A stretch of 44,004 nucleotides of DNA, taken from IMG/VR virus record IMGVR_UViG_3300017648_000002, positions 1 through 44,004 of that record; one strand, 5' to 3'. The DNA is from a virus (taxonomy: Duplodnaviria > Caudoviricetes). This document shows, in pieces, positions 25,709 to 35,236 of this stretch. The notes beneath the pieces were generated by a model. The model saw nothing but the letters and a program-made list of their open reading frames with translations, did not search any database and was not told where the DNA came from. Position 1 is the first letter of the stretch, and each line of letters begins with the position of its first letter. The translations under genes and the position numbers were made by a program.

Positions 25709-26062
25709 TTACCGCACCGCAACACGATGCGAGAAGGTTCGTTTTTCGACCTGTCTTACTGGTACGCTGTTGGCAAGCCCGACTGCGTACTCGATGCCTG
25801 GCTCCATGAGCTGGTCATAGCGCGTGCCATGCTCAAAGGTTAGGTGGTCAATCAGATCGTGGCACTCGTTTGTGCCTTCACCTCGACAAAGACCTACCAG
25901 ATTATCTGGGTTGTCTCGTCCGCCTCGAGCACGAGGCAGAACGTGATGAACAGAGATACAGCCAGATCCGCCTGGCGGGTGTTGTTGTCCGCAGAGTGCA
26001 CAACGGTAGTGCTGGCGCTCACGGACGTTCTTCCTCAGCTGATGGGAGAGTCTCTCGGACAT
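25709..26062 (-). CDS. HNH endonuclease
   Basis: CALCG...VHHVLPRARGGRDNPDNLVGLC......CH. Confidence 0.85.
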   Translation of the reverse strand: MSERLSHQLRKNVRERQHYRCALCGQQHPPGGSGCISVHHVLPRARGGRDNPDNLVGLCRGEGTNECHDLIDHLTFEHGTRYDQLMEPGIEYAVGLANSVPVRQVEKRTFSHRVAVR

Positions 26063-26300
26063 TCAGGCTGGAGAAGAAGTCTGATTGCTGGGGTTGGGTC
26101 TGGTAGGGCGCAAGCTGCCTGGTGTAATAGGCGATGTGATTTCGTGCCAGCTGGATATTGAACGAGGCGTCGTAGCCCATTCTCAGGTCGTAGGCGCTAC
26201 AGGCGTCGTTGCCTCGCGCTTCTAGGTCAGCCAGGCGGGCCCTGCTCTCTGCAAGCCCAGCTTCCAGTTCTTCCCGTGATGGTGGTTTGTAGCGTTCCAT
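26019..26300 (-). CDS. Hypothetical protein
   Basis: 93 aa, in an apparent operon. Confidence 0.5.
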   Translation of the reverse strand: MERYKPPSREELEAGLAESRARLADLEARGNDACSAYDLRMGYDASFNIQLARNHIAYYTRQLAPYQTQPQQSDFFSSLNVRETLPSAEEERP

Positions 26301-26304
26301 AGGT

Positions 26305-26760
26305 TCAGGTCAGGAGAGTGCCGATCATCTGCTCCACGTCATGACGTTCAATATGCTTCCAGGCAGGTTGTCCGATTGCGACACGTTCAACACCACCAAG
26401 CCACTGACGCCTGAGCTTGTAATCAGCAAACTCAACGAGTGAGTAGCGGTCTTTCTTCAGCTCCTCAGCCCTGCCCTCAGGATTGCCCTGATAGTGCTCG
26501 ATCACCCGAAACGGATCCTCATAATCAAATCGATGGGGCAAAAGCTTTGTTCCGGCTTCTGCAACCAGCACCTCGATCATGTTGGTCACACTGGTGTTGG
26601 TGTTATCGGGCAGTTCTGAGAACAGCAGGACTGGGGAGTCAGTCGGTCTGTCATAGATCCGCAGGCGACAACGACCACCGTCGTCGTAAAACCCACGATA
26701 CTCGTAGATCTCGTCGATCAGCAGTTTGGTTTGTTGTTCACTCGGCTTGTGTCGTTCCAT
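26305..26760 (-). CDS. Hypothetical protein
   Basis: 151 aa, 'CRLRIY...SELPDN..TSVTN..E...IEHY'. Confidence 0.6.
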   Translation of the reverse strand: MERHKPSEQQTKLLIDEIYEYRGFYDDGGRCRLRIYDRPTDSPVLLFSELPDNTNTSVTNMIEVLVAEAGTKLLPHRFDYEDPFRVIEHYQGNPEGRAEELKKDRYSLVEFADYKLRRQWLGGVERVAIGQPAWKHIERHDVEQMIGTLLT

Positions 26761-26767
26761 AGCTCTA

Positions 26768-26953
26768 TTATCGTTTCAGCTCGTCTTTGGATGGCAAACG
26801 AACGTAGATTCGTTCGACGGTCTTGGTCTTCACATCGACGTCGCTGGCGGAAATCTTTCCTTCACGAATCCAGCGGTAGACCGTCTGCCTGGGCACCCCA
26901 AGGCGTTTGGCGTAGGTGTGAACCGGGACGAAGTCCTCAGTTGTTTGATTCAT
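26768..26953 (-). CDS. Excisionase/MerR-like HTH protein
   Basis: 'YAKRLGVPRQTVYRWIREGKI'. Confidence 0.75.
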   Translation of the reverse strand: MNQTTEDFVPVHTYAKRLGVPRQTVYRWIREGKISASDVDVKTKTVERIYVRLPSKDELKR

Positions 26954-27377
26954 CAAGTTCGAGTTTGTAGTTTTCATATTCTTGTCGGCGCTGTGTGACC
27001 ACCTCCTTAATCAGCGCCTTGTAAAAGGACGGGTTCTTGTCATATTTCCACTCAGGTATCCGGATTGTGACCCAGCCCTTGTGACGGAGCACAAAATCGC
27101 GGCGGTCATCCTGCTTTCGGCTCTTTGCAGGCCGATGTCCTATACCATCAACTTCGAGTGCGACCTGCTCCTTGAGAAAGGCGAAGTCGATTACGTATAG
27201 ACTTGAGATCGGATGCTGACGCACGTAGTCGATTCCCAGCTCGTACCCTAGGTCAGCCAGGATCTCGATGATCTTCTCCTCGTTCTGGCCGGCCATGCTG
27301 TCTTTCCAGACCTGCATGTGAACTTGCTTGTCGAAGAAGCGATTTCGCTGATCTAACCTAGTACTACGTTTTGCCAT
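26937..27377 (-). CDS. DUF559/Vsr-like endonuclease
   Basis: 'RQHPI..YVIDFA......LEVDG..H......D..RD..L...GW..IRI'. Confidence 0.8.
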   Translation of the reverse strand: MAKRSTRLDQRNRFFDKQVHMQVWKDSMAGQNEEKIIEILADLGYELGIDYVRQHPISSLYVIDFAFLKEQVALEVDGIGHRPAKSRKQDDRRDFVLRHKGWVTIRIPEWKYDKNPSFYKALIKEVVTQRRQEYENYKLELDESNN

Positions 27378-27464
27378 GGTATGTGTCTTAAAGTGGCACT
27401 CGTTACTTTAGTGCGTTACTTAATTAACATAATACCACATTGGCAAGTCAGATTCAATGAGCAA

Positions 27465-28370
27465 TTAGTTCTGCAGTTCGTCGAGTGGTGCTTTGTAGAA
27501 CCGATCAATACCGTTGATCAGCGTCTTTGAAACCTGGGCGATCTGCCCGAGCTTTTCCTTGAACAGCTCACGGTCTTGTGACCAGTTGGTGATATAGCCA
27601 AACGAGTAGTCACTGGTATCAAGCCCGTAGTGCTGTGCCACTACAAACGCCGAACTCTCAGCCACCAGCTCAGCCTCTTCACGCGGGGTGGAAAAGCGAT
27701 GATCTGCCTGGTAATGAGCGGATTCGTGCGCCAGTGTCTTGGCCTGCATGTCAATCGCAAGGTCTGGTCTGACGTGGATCACGGGTGATCTGCCTTCCCG
27801 TCCTGGACGATATGACCCTTTGGCTTCTGGTGTATCAGGTACCGGTGCACGAAATAGCACCACGCCTTCCCCTGCAAGCCAGTCCCAGTTAGCCATCAAC
27901 AGCCGGTGGCCGGTCTCAGTCGAGCTCTCAAGATCTCCGTCTGGTCGCGGTGCTTGCGGAAGCTCGTCCCCATCAGTCTGGCTCACATCAAAGACGCTCA
28001 CAATTTTGTAGCCACGCAGTCTCTCGATGACCTCTCCAGTCTCACGATCAACCTCCCTTTTCAGCAGTGGGGCAAAGATCTTGATCGACTTCTCCCCAGC
28101 CCTGACCTGACGACCAACGGATTTCCAGCCGGTGCGCCCGTCTTTGGAGCCATAGCCCATGACGCGGGTAGCATCAGGATTCTGCATCCAGATCAGCATC
28201 TGATTGTTTGCGCTATAGGTATGAAATTTTGAGGCAAATTGCAGGTAGCGTTTGAACTCTTCTGAGTCGTGGATGCGGTCGATGCCAGCCTCAAGCAGCT
28301 GCATGGCTGCATCGATACGAGGATCACCCTGAGGCTTTGCTTCCTCGGGTGTTGGTCTTGGGATCTCCAT
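27465..28370 (-). CDS. ArdC-like antirestriction ssDNA-binding protein with a metallopeptidase-like domain
   Basis: 'FHTYSANNQMLI..Q.PDAT.V.GY...W...GRQV..GEK.I.I.AP', 'VFDVSQTDG', 'TLAHESAH', 'E..AES.AF.V'. Confidence 0.85.
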   Translation of the reverse strand: MEIPRPTPEEAKPQGDPRIDAAMQLLEAGIDRIHDSEEFKRYLQFASKFHTYSANNQMLIWMQNPDATRVMGYGSKDGRTGWKSVGRQVRAGEKSIKIFAPLLKREVDRETGEVIERLRGYKIVSVFDVSQTDGDELPQAPRPDGDLESSTETGHRLLMANWDWLAGEGVVLFRAPVPDTPEAKGSYRPGREGRSPVIHVRPDLAIDMQAKTLAHESAHYQADHRFSTPREEAELVAESSAFVVAQHYGLDTSDYSFGYITNWSQDRELFKEKLGQIAQVSKTLINGIDRFYKAPLDELQN

Positions 28371-28476
28371 CTCTTTCAAACGTCGAGCTGGTGGGTAGGT
28401 AAGCGAGGCCAAAGCCGTAGCTCACAATCGTCCACCGCTCAACATAATCCAATTATAAAGGTTTGTTTATTATTTC

Positions 28477-29850
28477 TCAATCACGGGTAACACGGCTGAG
28501 TCTGGGAAGCCTCGTCGGTTGGGGCAGTTCAATCGTCGCGGGCTTAAACCAGCGTTCGATCTGCTCACGCTCGATCTGGCTGACATCAATATCTGGATCA
28601 AGCACGTCTTCAGTCACGATGTGGTGGACAGACAGATCCGGGAGCTTGACCAGCGCATGGCGTGGGGGCAGGTTCTGGAGGGTTTGGGTGATTGCCTCCA
28701 CCTGATCAGACGCTGACACCGATACGACGACTGACTCCTCACGTGTGGCAATCGTCCGTGCATCAACCTTAGTGAAGTTCAGCGCCGTCAACTGGGCATC
28801 GGGTCTGTCCAGCTGGAACGCTACCTTGAGCCTGGCATTGCCCATCGCGCCTCTGAGACGATCGGATGCTTGTGTCCAGTTCTGGTGCGCCATCACCAGA
28901 AACAGCCCGTACTTGCGGGTCTGGGAGAGCATCGTCTGCATCGCTTCCTCACTTTGGGCACTGAAGCGGGCAAACTCGTCGATCATCGCGACGTGCGTCC
29001 GCCTCACGTCACTATCGTGTCGGGAAAGCGCTCCCTGCTCATACATGACGGTAAAGAGTGAGCCGATGAGTCGGGCTGTCTGACTGCTCAGCCCAGCCAG
29101 ATTGACCAGCACATGCTGACCACGATCCATAACCTCTCTGAAATTCAATGCCAGCTCTTCATGACCCAGTGAGTAGCGCAACACCTCATCAAAGGAGAGC
29201 AGATCAACACGCGAGAGCGTCGAGTCTGCGTACTCGCTTTGCAATCGGTCGGGAAGTTTGTCGTACCAGTTACGCCAGTGGCGAAGCACCCGATTATCAG
29301 TCTCATGCTCAAGCACCTGAGCGCGAAACCCTTTATCAGTCAGAAACCAGGACAGATCTGGAAGTGTGCCGTTGCCTGCCGTCAGTGCCTTGACCCCGTT
29401 TAGCACCAGCTTGTCAAAGCGCGGTGCCACCCCACCTGAGAGGCTCGGCCAGGCACGATGAAACGACTCCAGGATGTTGAGCGCGACCTGCGTCCTGGCT
29501 CCGTCCTGCTTGAGTACGTTGAAGGGCAGAAACCTCGATCTGTCCGCAGCGCGTTTGAAATCCAGATAGATGGTGTTTCCCAGATGCTCCGGCTTGTCCT
29601 GTGCGATTTTACCCAGAATCAGCTTGGCAAGATCCCCATGCGGATCGATTAAGGTAACCCCGATACCCGCTTCAACAAGCCCCAGATAGTAGGAAGCCAG
29701 CCAGCGACTCTTGCCTGAAGATGAGGTGCCAAGCACGTGAACGTGTGTGCCAGCATCCTGCGCGGATAACATCACCCGCTTGGGAAACAGCTTCTCCCAG
29801 AGCGATCCTTCAGGCACTCGTCCGATCGGCAGGGCAGGACGGGTACTCAT
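28477..29850 (-). CDS. VirD4/TraG-like (T4CP-type) ATPase without a TM anchor
   Basis: Walker A GTSSSGKS, IDPHGDL, Walker B IDEFARF, 'RKYGL.L.MAHQ'. Confidence 0.8.
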   Translation of the reverse strand: MSTRPALPIGRVPEGSLWEKLFPKRVMLSAQDAGTHVHVLGTSSSGKSRWLASYYLGLVEAGIGVTLIDPHGDLAKLILGKIAQDKPEHLGNTIYLDFKRAADRSRFLPFNVLKQDGARTQVALNILESFHRAWPSLSGGVAPRFDKLVLNGVKALTAGNGTLPDLSWFLTDKGFRAQVLEHETDNRVLRHWRNWYDKLPDRLQSEYADSTLSRVDLLSFDEVLRYSLGHEELALNFREVMDRGQHVLVNLAGLSSQTARLIGSLFTVMYEQGALSRHDSDVRRTHVAMIDEFARFSAQSEEAMQTMLSQTRKYGLFLVMAHQNWTQASDRLRGAMGNARLKVAFQLDRPDAQLTALNFTKVDARTIATREESVVVSVSASDQVEAITQTLQNLPPRHALVKLPDLSVHHIVTEDVLDPDIDVSQIEREQIERWFKPATIELPQPTRLPRLSRVTRD

Positions 29851-30578
29851 AGGATGTGCGTAAACGCCTCCGGGTCCTTTGCCTGCGCGAGCGTCAGGTA
29901 GTGGAACATGCCCTCACCGTCAATGTTCAGGCGGGTAAGCGTGCTCGTAGTCCAGGCGTGCAGGCGGGTTGTTCTGGCTTCACCTAACCCCACGATCAGA
30001 ACACCATCAAAATGTGGAAAGAAGTTGTCATAAGCATCACTGTTGACGAACTCCACCAGCGACTCGATCTTGTTCTGCCAGAAGGACACGTCCTCAGTAT
30101 CACGATCGACTTCCACAAGCATCCCGTAGGGCTTGCCCGGACGATCAAACTGGATGTAGGCATCTGGCTTGTAGGGGATCACAAAGCGCTGGATCGTGCG
30201 CTCGTGGATGAAGGAAGCAAAGGAGGGCGTAAGCTCTGCTGTCACCAGTACCTCGTTGACATCCAGCGTGTGGGCAGGGTACTGCTTGGTTGCCTTGTCT
30301 TCACTGGGGCGGTAGCGCGCCTTTGGCAACACCCCACTGGCAACCAGACGGCTCCTGGTTCTGGGCGCAAGCGAATAGACGTAGGGGCGAGAGCCACCGC
30401 CAAGACCAGGTGACCAGCCACGCCTCACGAGCACGTTGCTTGTGACGAGCTCTTTCAGGCGCGCCTGAACATAGGTCATCGTGCGCTTGCTGTAAAAGCG
30501 TCTGCAGACCAGCTCAGGTGTCACATAGGTCATCCGACCGACAAGGCGGATGATCCGTTCATCAGATTCACTCATCAT
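29847..30578 (-). CDS. Replication-relaxation (Replic_Relax) family relaxase-like protein
   Basis: N-terminal wHTH 'D..IIRLV.RM.YVT...ARL.EL', 'YVYSL', 'HTLDVNEV', 'PDAY', 'LVEVDRDTE'. Confidence 0.75.
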   Translation of the reverse strand: MMSESDERIIRLVGRMTYVTPELVCRRFYSKRTMTYVQARLKELVTSNVLVRRGWSPGLGGGSRPYVYSLAPRTRSRLVASGVLPKARYRPSEDKATKQYPAHTLDVNEVLVTAELTPSFASFIHERTIQRFVIPYKPDAYIQFDRPGKPYGMLVEVDRDTEDVSFWQNKIESLVEFVNSDAYDNFFPHFDGVLIVGLGEARTTRLHAWTTSTLTRLNIDGEGMFHYLTLAQAKDPEAFTHIL

Positions 30579-30614
30579 AGGGCATAACCATTATAGCAAC
30601 GGTTGGCTGTTGCG

Positions 30615-32492
30615 TTACCGGGTGCGCAGTTTTCTGGGTGCCTCAGTGATGACGGGTTCCGGCTCGTTGGGCTCAGTTTCGAGTGCATCCCGGCGCCTGC
30701 GGATCTGCTCCTCAACCTCGACACGGGGTTGACCGTAATGCTGCCTGCTCAAGGACCGGATTCGCTCGTGCTTCTCCGGGTTGTGATAGCCAGGCTGTAT
30801 CGTGTCCATCTTCAGCACCGATTGCTGATAGCTTGCACCATCCCAGAATCTGACGGCCATCGTTTGCGGAGCGAGTGTTGCCAGACGGTTGGCAAACTCC
30901 GCTCTGGTATCTGCCACCGTCCGTCTTGAACCACTCCGGATCGGCTCGTCTTTGATCATAAAATAAACGGTGGCAAGCGCTGGCAACAAGCCGTTCTTAA
31001 GCATCCAGAGCCTGCCCTCTTTCTGCGCAGTAAGGCTTTCCAGTGCTTCTGGAAGCGGTTCAGGTCTCTGCGTGTTGACCCGGTAAAGACCCTCCAGGCG
31101 ATAAACGAGGTCGATATACAGTTGCTCCCGGAGCATCATCGCCTCGTCAATGTCGGACAGGTGCAGGCTTTGAGCAAAGAACTGTGTGATCCGGTCGTCG
31201 AGCCAGCTCATCAGCTCTGCAACTGCATGGTAGTCAATATCGTCTCGATAGTAGGAAACATAGCTTCTATCGTACGCCTTACGATCAAAACGCACTCCTG
31301 AATACCACTCAGCAGTGTTACGAACCCCCTCCAGCCCTTTGCTCACCTGCATCAGATTCTCAGCCATCTGGGGATTTGGATGCATACCCCGCTTAACCTG
31401 TTGCCACTGATTTTGATCTGGCTCAGCTTCGGGGACAACCACATCAAACTGCGTTGCAAACTCGGAGGCATCATCACCGGTCAGCTGAAACAGCGCGAAG
31501 TTGACCGAACCCATCGCAACCGAGCGGTAGTCATCATCGAGCTGATCGAGTCGTTGGTGAGCGATCGTCGTTGATACTCGGTACTTGCGCGTCTCATCAA
31601 TCAGCGTGGCAAACGCAGGGGTAGCAAAGCGCTGGAACTCATCACAGTAGAGCGCAAAGTGCGGGGCGTTCCCGTCTGGTGTTCTGCTCATCACCGCTGT
31701 CAGGATCTGCCCGACGATGAGCGAGCCAAGTAAGGACACTGCTGTCTCACTGACTGCCGGACCAAGTGGGAGCTTCACAAGCAGGATCTTGCGCTCGTTC
31801 ATGATCGAGGCAAAGTCCACCGTAGTCGTTGTCTGCCCCAGAATATGAAGCAACACCGGATCGCGCAGGAACGCTCTAACCTTGTTCGTTGTTGAGCGCC
31901 TGTCGCGGATCTGCTGTTCGTTGCGTAGTGGGTCCCAATCGTAGCGCCAGAAGTCCTGCACAACCCAGTTTTCCAGCTGGTCGACCAGCCGTTTGCGAAA
32001 GACCGGCTTGTAAAGCAGAGCAGGAATCTCAGCAAGCGTCATGCCGTCTTCTGCCATCAGTGTGTGAGTGATGTTGGCGAGCAGATCTTCAAGCAGTGGG
32101 CCCCAAGAAGCATCTTCACCAACACCCCAGACCTTCTTGAATGTCTGAACAACACCATCAACAGCACGACTGCGGATCGTCTCTGACGTAATCCCTCTGG
32201 TGTCAAACAGGTTCAGCCCAAATGCATACTCAGGATCTGAGGCATCCAGATAGACGACATCGTTCACTCGACCCTCTGGAATGCGGTTCATCAGAGCATC
32301 AATCAGACTCCCGTGCGGGTCGATCACGCCTACACCAGACATCGAGTAGATGTCCTCACAGATCAGGCTCTCCAGGAACGTAGACTTACCCATCCCACGC
32401 CTGCCAACAACGTAGAAGCCCTGCCGACGTGTCAGATCAGGGATACTAATGTCGCAAAATCGGTTGTCCAGATCTGTGCCGAGAAACATCAC
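30615..32492 (-). CDS. VirD4/TraG-like (T4CP-type) ATPase without a TM anchor, with a C-terminal insertion
   Basis: Walker A GRRGMGKS, IDPHG, 'SWGPLLE', Walker B YCDEFQRF, 'RKYRV...AHQ'. Confidence 0.8.
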   Translation of the reverse strand: MMFLGTDLDNRFCDISIPDLTRRQGFYVVGRRGMGKSTFLESLICEDIYSMSGVGVIDPHGSLIDALMNRIPEGRVNDVVYLDASDPEYAFGLNLFDTRGITSETIRSRAVDGVVQTFKKVWGVGEDASWGPLLEDLLANITHTLMAEDGMTLAEIPALLYKPVFRKRLVDQLENWVVQDFWRYDWDPLRNEQQIRDRRSTTNKVRAFLRDPVLLHILGQTTTTVDFASIMNERKILLVKLPLGPAVSETAVSLLGSLIVGQILTAVMSRTPDGNAPHFALYCDEFQRFATPAFATLIDETRKYRVSTTIAHQRLDQLDDDYRSVAMGSVNFALFQLTGDDASEFATQFDVVVPEAEPDQNQWQQVKRGMHPNPQMAENLMQVSKGLEGVRNTAEWYSGVRFDRKAYDRSYVSYYRDDIDYHAVAELMSWLDDRITQFFAQSLHLSDIDEAMMLREQLYIDLVYRLEGLYRVNTQRPEPLPEALESLTAQKEGRLWMLKNGLLPALATVYFMIKDEPIRSGSRRTVADTRAEFANRLATLAPQTMAVRFWDGASYQQSVLKMDTIQPGYHNPEKHERIRSLSRQHYGQPRVEVEEQIRRRRDALETEPNEPEPVITEAPRKLRTR

Positions 32493-32965
32493 TACTCCCA
32501 GCTAGGTGTGCCGGTGACCTCCACGGGAACTTCCCACACCTGACCGCTCTTCAGATCCATCCGCCAGCCCTGGAGTTGTGGCTCTTTCTTGTGAAAGAGA
32601 AACATATGGATAAAGTGGAAGTCGGGACGGCGCTTTGCCAGTGCCTCCTGAACCCCATCCTGAAGGGTTGAGCGCATCAGAACACCGGGACTACTGCGCA
32701 ACATGGCAAGCACCTCTGGATCGGTGATCTCATCTGGATGAGGCAGTTTCCAGGGCGCGAGCTGTCCCAAATAGTTAATCCTCAGCCCACCAGGAAGGGC
32801 GTCAATTCGTCTGAGTGCCTGTTCGCCGCCTTGGGAGTTCACCGCCATATCAATGACGTGCCCCCGACCACCAAGGTGAAAGATAAGATTCCCATCAATG
32901 TCTCGCAGACTCTCAAGGGCCACCGCTACAAGCACGGTTGCCGGTAGTTTGATGGGATCGTCCAT
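32492..32965 (-). CDS. Hypothetical protein
   Basis: ATG with AAAGGAGG SD, 157 aa, stop overlaps the ATPase start. Confidence 0.55.
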   Translation of the reverse strand: MDDPIKLPATVLVAVALESLRDIDGNLIFHLGGRGHVIDMAVNSQGGEQALRRIDALPGGLRINYLGQLAPWKLPHPDEITDPEVLAMLRSSPGVLMRSTLQDGVQEALAKRRPDFHFIHMFLFHKKEPQLQGWRMDLKSGQVWEVPVEVTGTPSWE

Positions 32966-33102
32966 CCCTGCCTCCTTTCGATTCGATTCGACACCCATCC
33001 ACGTAGCGCGAGTAGGGTAGAGAGATGTGGGAGGCTTTGCCTTCCGCGCTCCCTGCGAAGCGCCGAGCGAATCGAGGGGCGCCACTCCCTCGATGTCACT
33101 GA

Positions 33103-33285
33103 CTAGCCAGTAATCTGCTTTATCACCTGTCCAAGAAGGCTCGTGTCCTCTTTCTCCTTGACGAACTCAGAACAGAGGAACGCGGTGAGGTTGCCTTGCT
33201 CTTCAGCTGATCGAAACAGCTTCCAGGCCTCAGCTTTATCCTCAGCCACAGCTTCATAGATGCGGATCATCTTGTACGTTTTCAT
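33103..33285 (-). CDS. Hypothetical protein
   Basis: 60 aa. Confidence 0.45.
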   Translation of the reverse strand: MKTYKMIRIYEAVAEDKAEAWKLFRSAEEQGNLTAFLCSEFVKEKEDTSLLGQVIKQITG

Positions 33286-33320
33286 CGGTCACTTCCGTTT
33301 GAAGTAGGGCAGATGCCCAC

Positions 33321-33485
33321 CTATTCGGCGGGCTCTCCCTGATCGCTTAAAAACGCTGACAGGTACTTCAGCTCACTGAGTACGTTCTCAAGGCTCACCG
33401 CTCCCGGTAGCTCGTTCTTCACGAGCATGTCCACCATCGTGGTGATTGCGTCAACGCGGATAATCGCTTCTTCAACGACGGTCAT
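33321..33485 (-). CDS. Hypothetical protein (54 aa)
   Basis: AGGAGGTGA SD; MTVVEEAIIRVDAITTMVDMLVK... Confidence 0.5.
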   Translation of the reverse strand: MTVVEEAIIRVDAITTMVDMLVKNELPGAVSLENVLSELKYLSAFLSDQGEPAE

Positions 33486-33840
33486 GTGATTTCACCTCCT
33501 ATCATAATGGTTTTGGGCAAAGCAATGCTTGCTTGCTTTGCTTACCTGACGAAAGTCCTAAAGCGGAGCATTATCACCCGCAGGGCCAAAACGACAGTGC
33601 AGGAGTCGCAAGCCAAACGGGCGGCTTTGCAGACCGTGCTGGACGCGACTTGAGAATGCGCAGCGAGTACTCCCGCTACTCGATCACAGGCTGTACTCAA
33701 TAGGGGAGATACGGGGAGTATGTTTCCGACACATCAGCTCGCGCTGAAGTTGCAGTTTCAGGTGTCTGGACAGGCAAACCCACTAGGATGTCGTTTGGAG
33801 TGTCGGGTTTCAGGCGATCCACCTGCCTGTTTAGGGGTGG

Positions 33841-34569
33841 TTAGGGGCGTTCGTCCTCGACCAGCTTCTCAAGAACAGTGAAGAAATAGCTCATTCTGTT
33901 CTTGACGTTCGTCGCTTTTTTGGTTCTGGCTCGAGCCTCATAGAGCAGACCACGGAAGTCCTCAAACTCCAGGTCGCTCTCTTTGAACAACCGCTCTGCA
34001 CGAGTGATTGAAGCCCTGCCAGGCGCTCGGTCTCGGAACTCTCTTGAGAAATCTGAGAGAAAAACTTCGATTCGAATATCAGTCTCTTCTGTATCTTGTT
34101 GTCCTGTCTTATTGTGGGTATCCACCTGTACAGGGGTAGGGTGTACGCCTGTATCAGGGGAGGGTGTACGGCTGTAAACCCCCTCTTGTGACGACTGTGT
34201 TCCTTCGTCTTTGAAGCGCAGGGCATAGGTCGTTGGGAGGGACGCTCCCGTCTCATCGGTGTTTTGAATGGCAACGATCACGCCTCGTTCAAGCAGTCCA
34301 CGCAAGCCTTTGCGAACACCAGCAGTAGAAAGCCCAGTGCCTCGATCAAGGCGTCTGCCATCGCGCGTGACAATGCCTGACTCCATCTGAGCAACGGAGA
34401 TCGTGTCAGAGTCTTTCTTGAAGCCGAACGTGCGTCGGATGATATAGAGAAGAACCCGTAGCTCAACAAGCGACAGGTCGGGTAGAAGGACGTCAAATAG
34501 TTGATCGGGACAGGGCGTATATTGTGGCCTGGTGAAGCCCTCGAACCGCTCCTCATTTTGCCCATTCAC
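33841..34569 (-). CDS. Second replication initiator (plasmid/phage Rep with wHTH)
   Basis: 'YTPCPDQLFD.LLP.LS..ELRVLLYI.RRTFGFKK..D.IS..Q...G.......D.GTGLS...V...L..L...G.I'; internal iterons. Confidence 0.75.
   Translation of the reverse strand: MNGQNEERFEGFTRPQYTPCPDQLFDVLLPDLSLVELRVLLYIIRRTFGFKKDSDTISVAQMESGIVTRDGRRLDRGTGLSTAGVRKGLRGLLERGVIVAIQNTDETGASLPTTYALRFKDEGTQSSQEGVYSRTPSPDTGVHPTPVQVDTHNKTGQQDTEETDIRIEVFLSDFSREFRDRAPGRASITRAERLFKESDLEFEDFRGLLYEARARTKKATNVKNRMSYFFTVLEKLVEDERP
34116..34180. repeat. Iteron-like repeats inside the second rep gene (probable second origin)
   Basis: GGGTATCCACCTGTA / GGGTGTACGCCTGTA / GGGTGTACGGCTGTA, about 23 bp apart. Confidence 0.6.
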
Positions 34570-34600
34570 TTTACATAACTCCTATGCTATAGTTAGAGTT

Positions 34601-35236
34601 ATGCACCAGACGAATGTGTTGATTGACGAGCGGGAGGCCGAACGCTTCTGGAAGAAAGTTGACGTCCAGGTAAACGGATGCTGGGTTTGGACTGGCAGTC
34701 GGCACCAGTTTGGTTACGGATGGTTCAGAGCCCAAGGGAAGACCATGACAGCTCATCGCCTGTCGTACTGGATGGCCACTGGTAAGAACCCGATCGGCAA
34801 GGACATCCATCATGTCTGCGAGAACCCGCCCTGTGTCAAGCCCGAGCATCTCAGGCCTATGACTCACGCTGAGCACATGCGTGTAAAACCGAACTACAAC
34901 AAGTTTAAGACGCACTGCAAACGAGGACACCTGTTCGACGAGCCCAATACCCACCTGCACAAGGACGGCCGTCGTGAGTGTCGTGCCTGTATGAAGATTC
35001 ACGCTCGAACAAAGTCGAAGCGACGATGGGCGAAGATCAAAGCGGTGAAGATCGCCAACGGCACGTATAAAAAATGGTCTGTGCCTGCTCCGAACGCCCG
35101 AAAGACTCACTGTAAGCAGGGTCACCCATTTGATGAAGCAAACACCCGCATTTACCGAGAACGATTCCGCGTCTGTCGAGCGTGTGAAACCCTCAAGAGC
35201 AAGAGACGCCGAGCAGAGGCTCGATTGAGCCCTTAG
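34601..35236 (+). CDS. HNH homing endonuclease with two KTHC..GH...CRAC Zn-finger repeats
   Basis: 'RFWKKV...CWVWTG....GYG.F......AHRLSY...IHHVCENPPCVKPEHL'; ATG 7 nt after TATAGT. Confidence 0.88.
   Translation: MHQTNVLIDEREAERFWKKVDVQVNGCWVWTGSRHQFGYGWFRAQGKTMTAHRLSYWMATGKNPIGKDIHHVCENPPCVKPEHLRPMTHAEHMRVKPNYNKFKTHCKRGHLFDEPNTHLHKDGRRECRACMKIHARTKSKRRWAKIKAVKIANGTYKKWSVPAPNARKTHCKQGHPFDEANTRIYRERFRVCRACETLKSKRRRAEARLSP

Noticed and set aside
26768-26953. Excisionase implying an integrase-based prophage
   Set aside because: No tyrosine or serine recombinase was recognised anywhere in the circular genome
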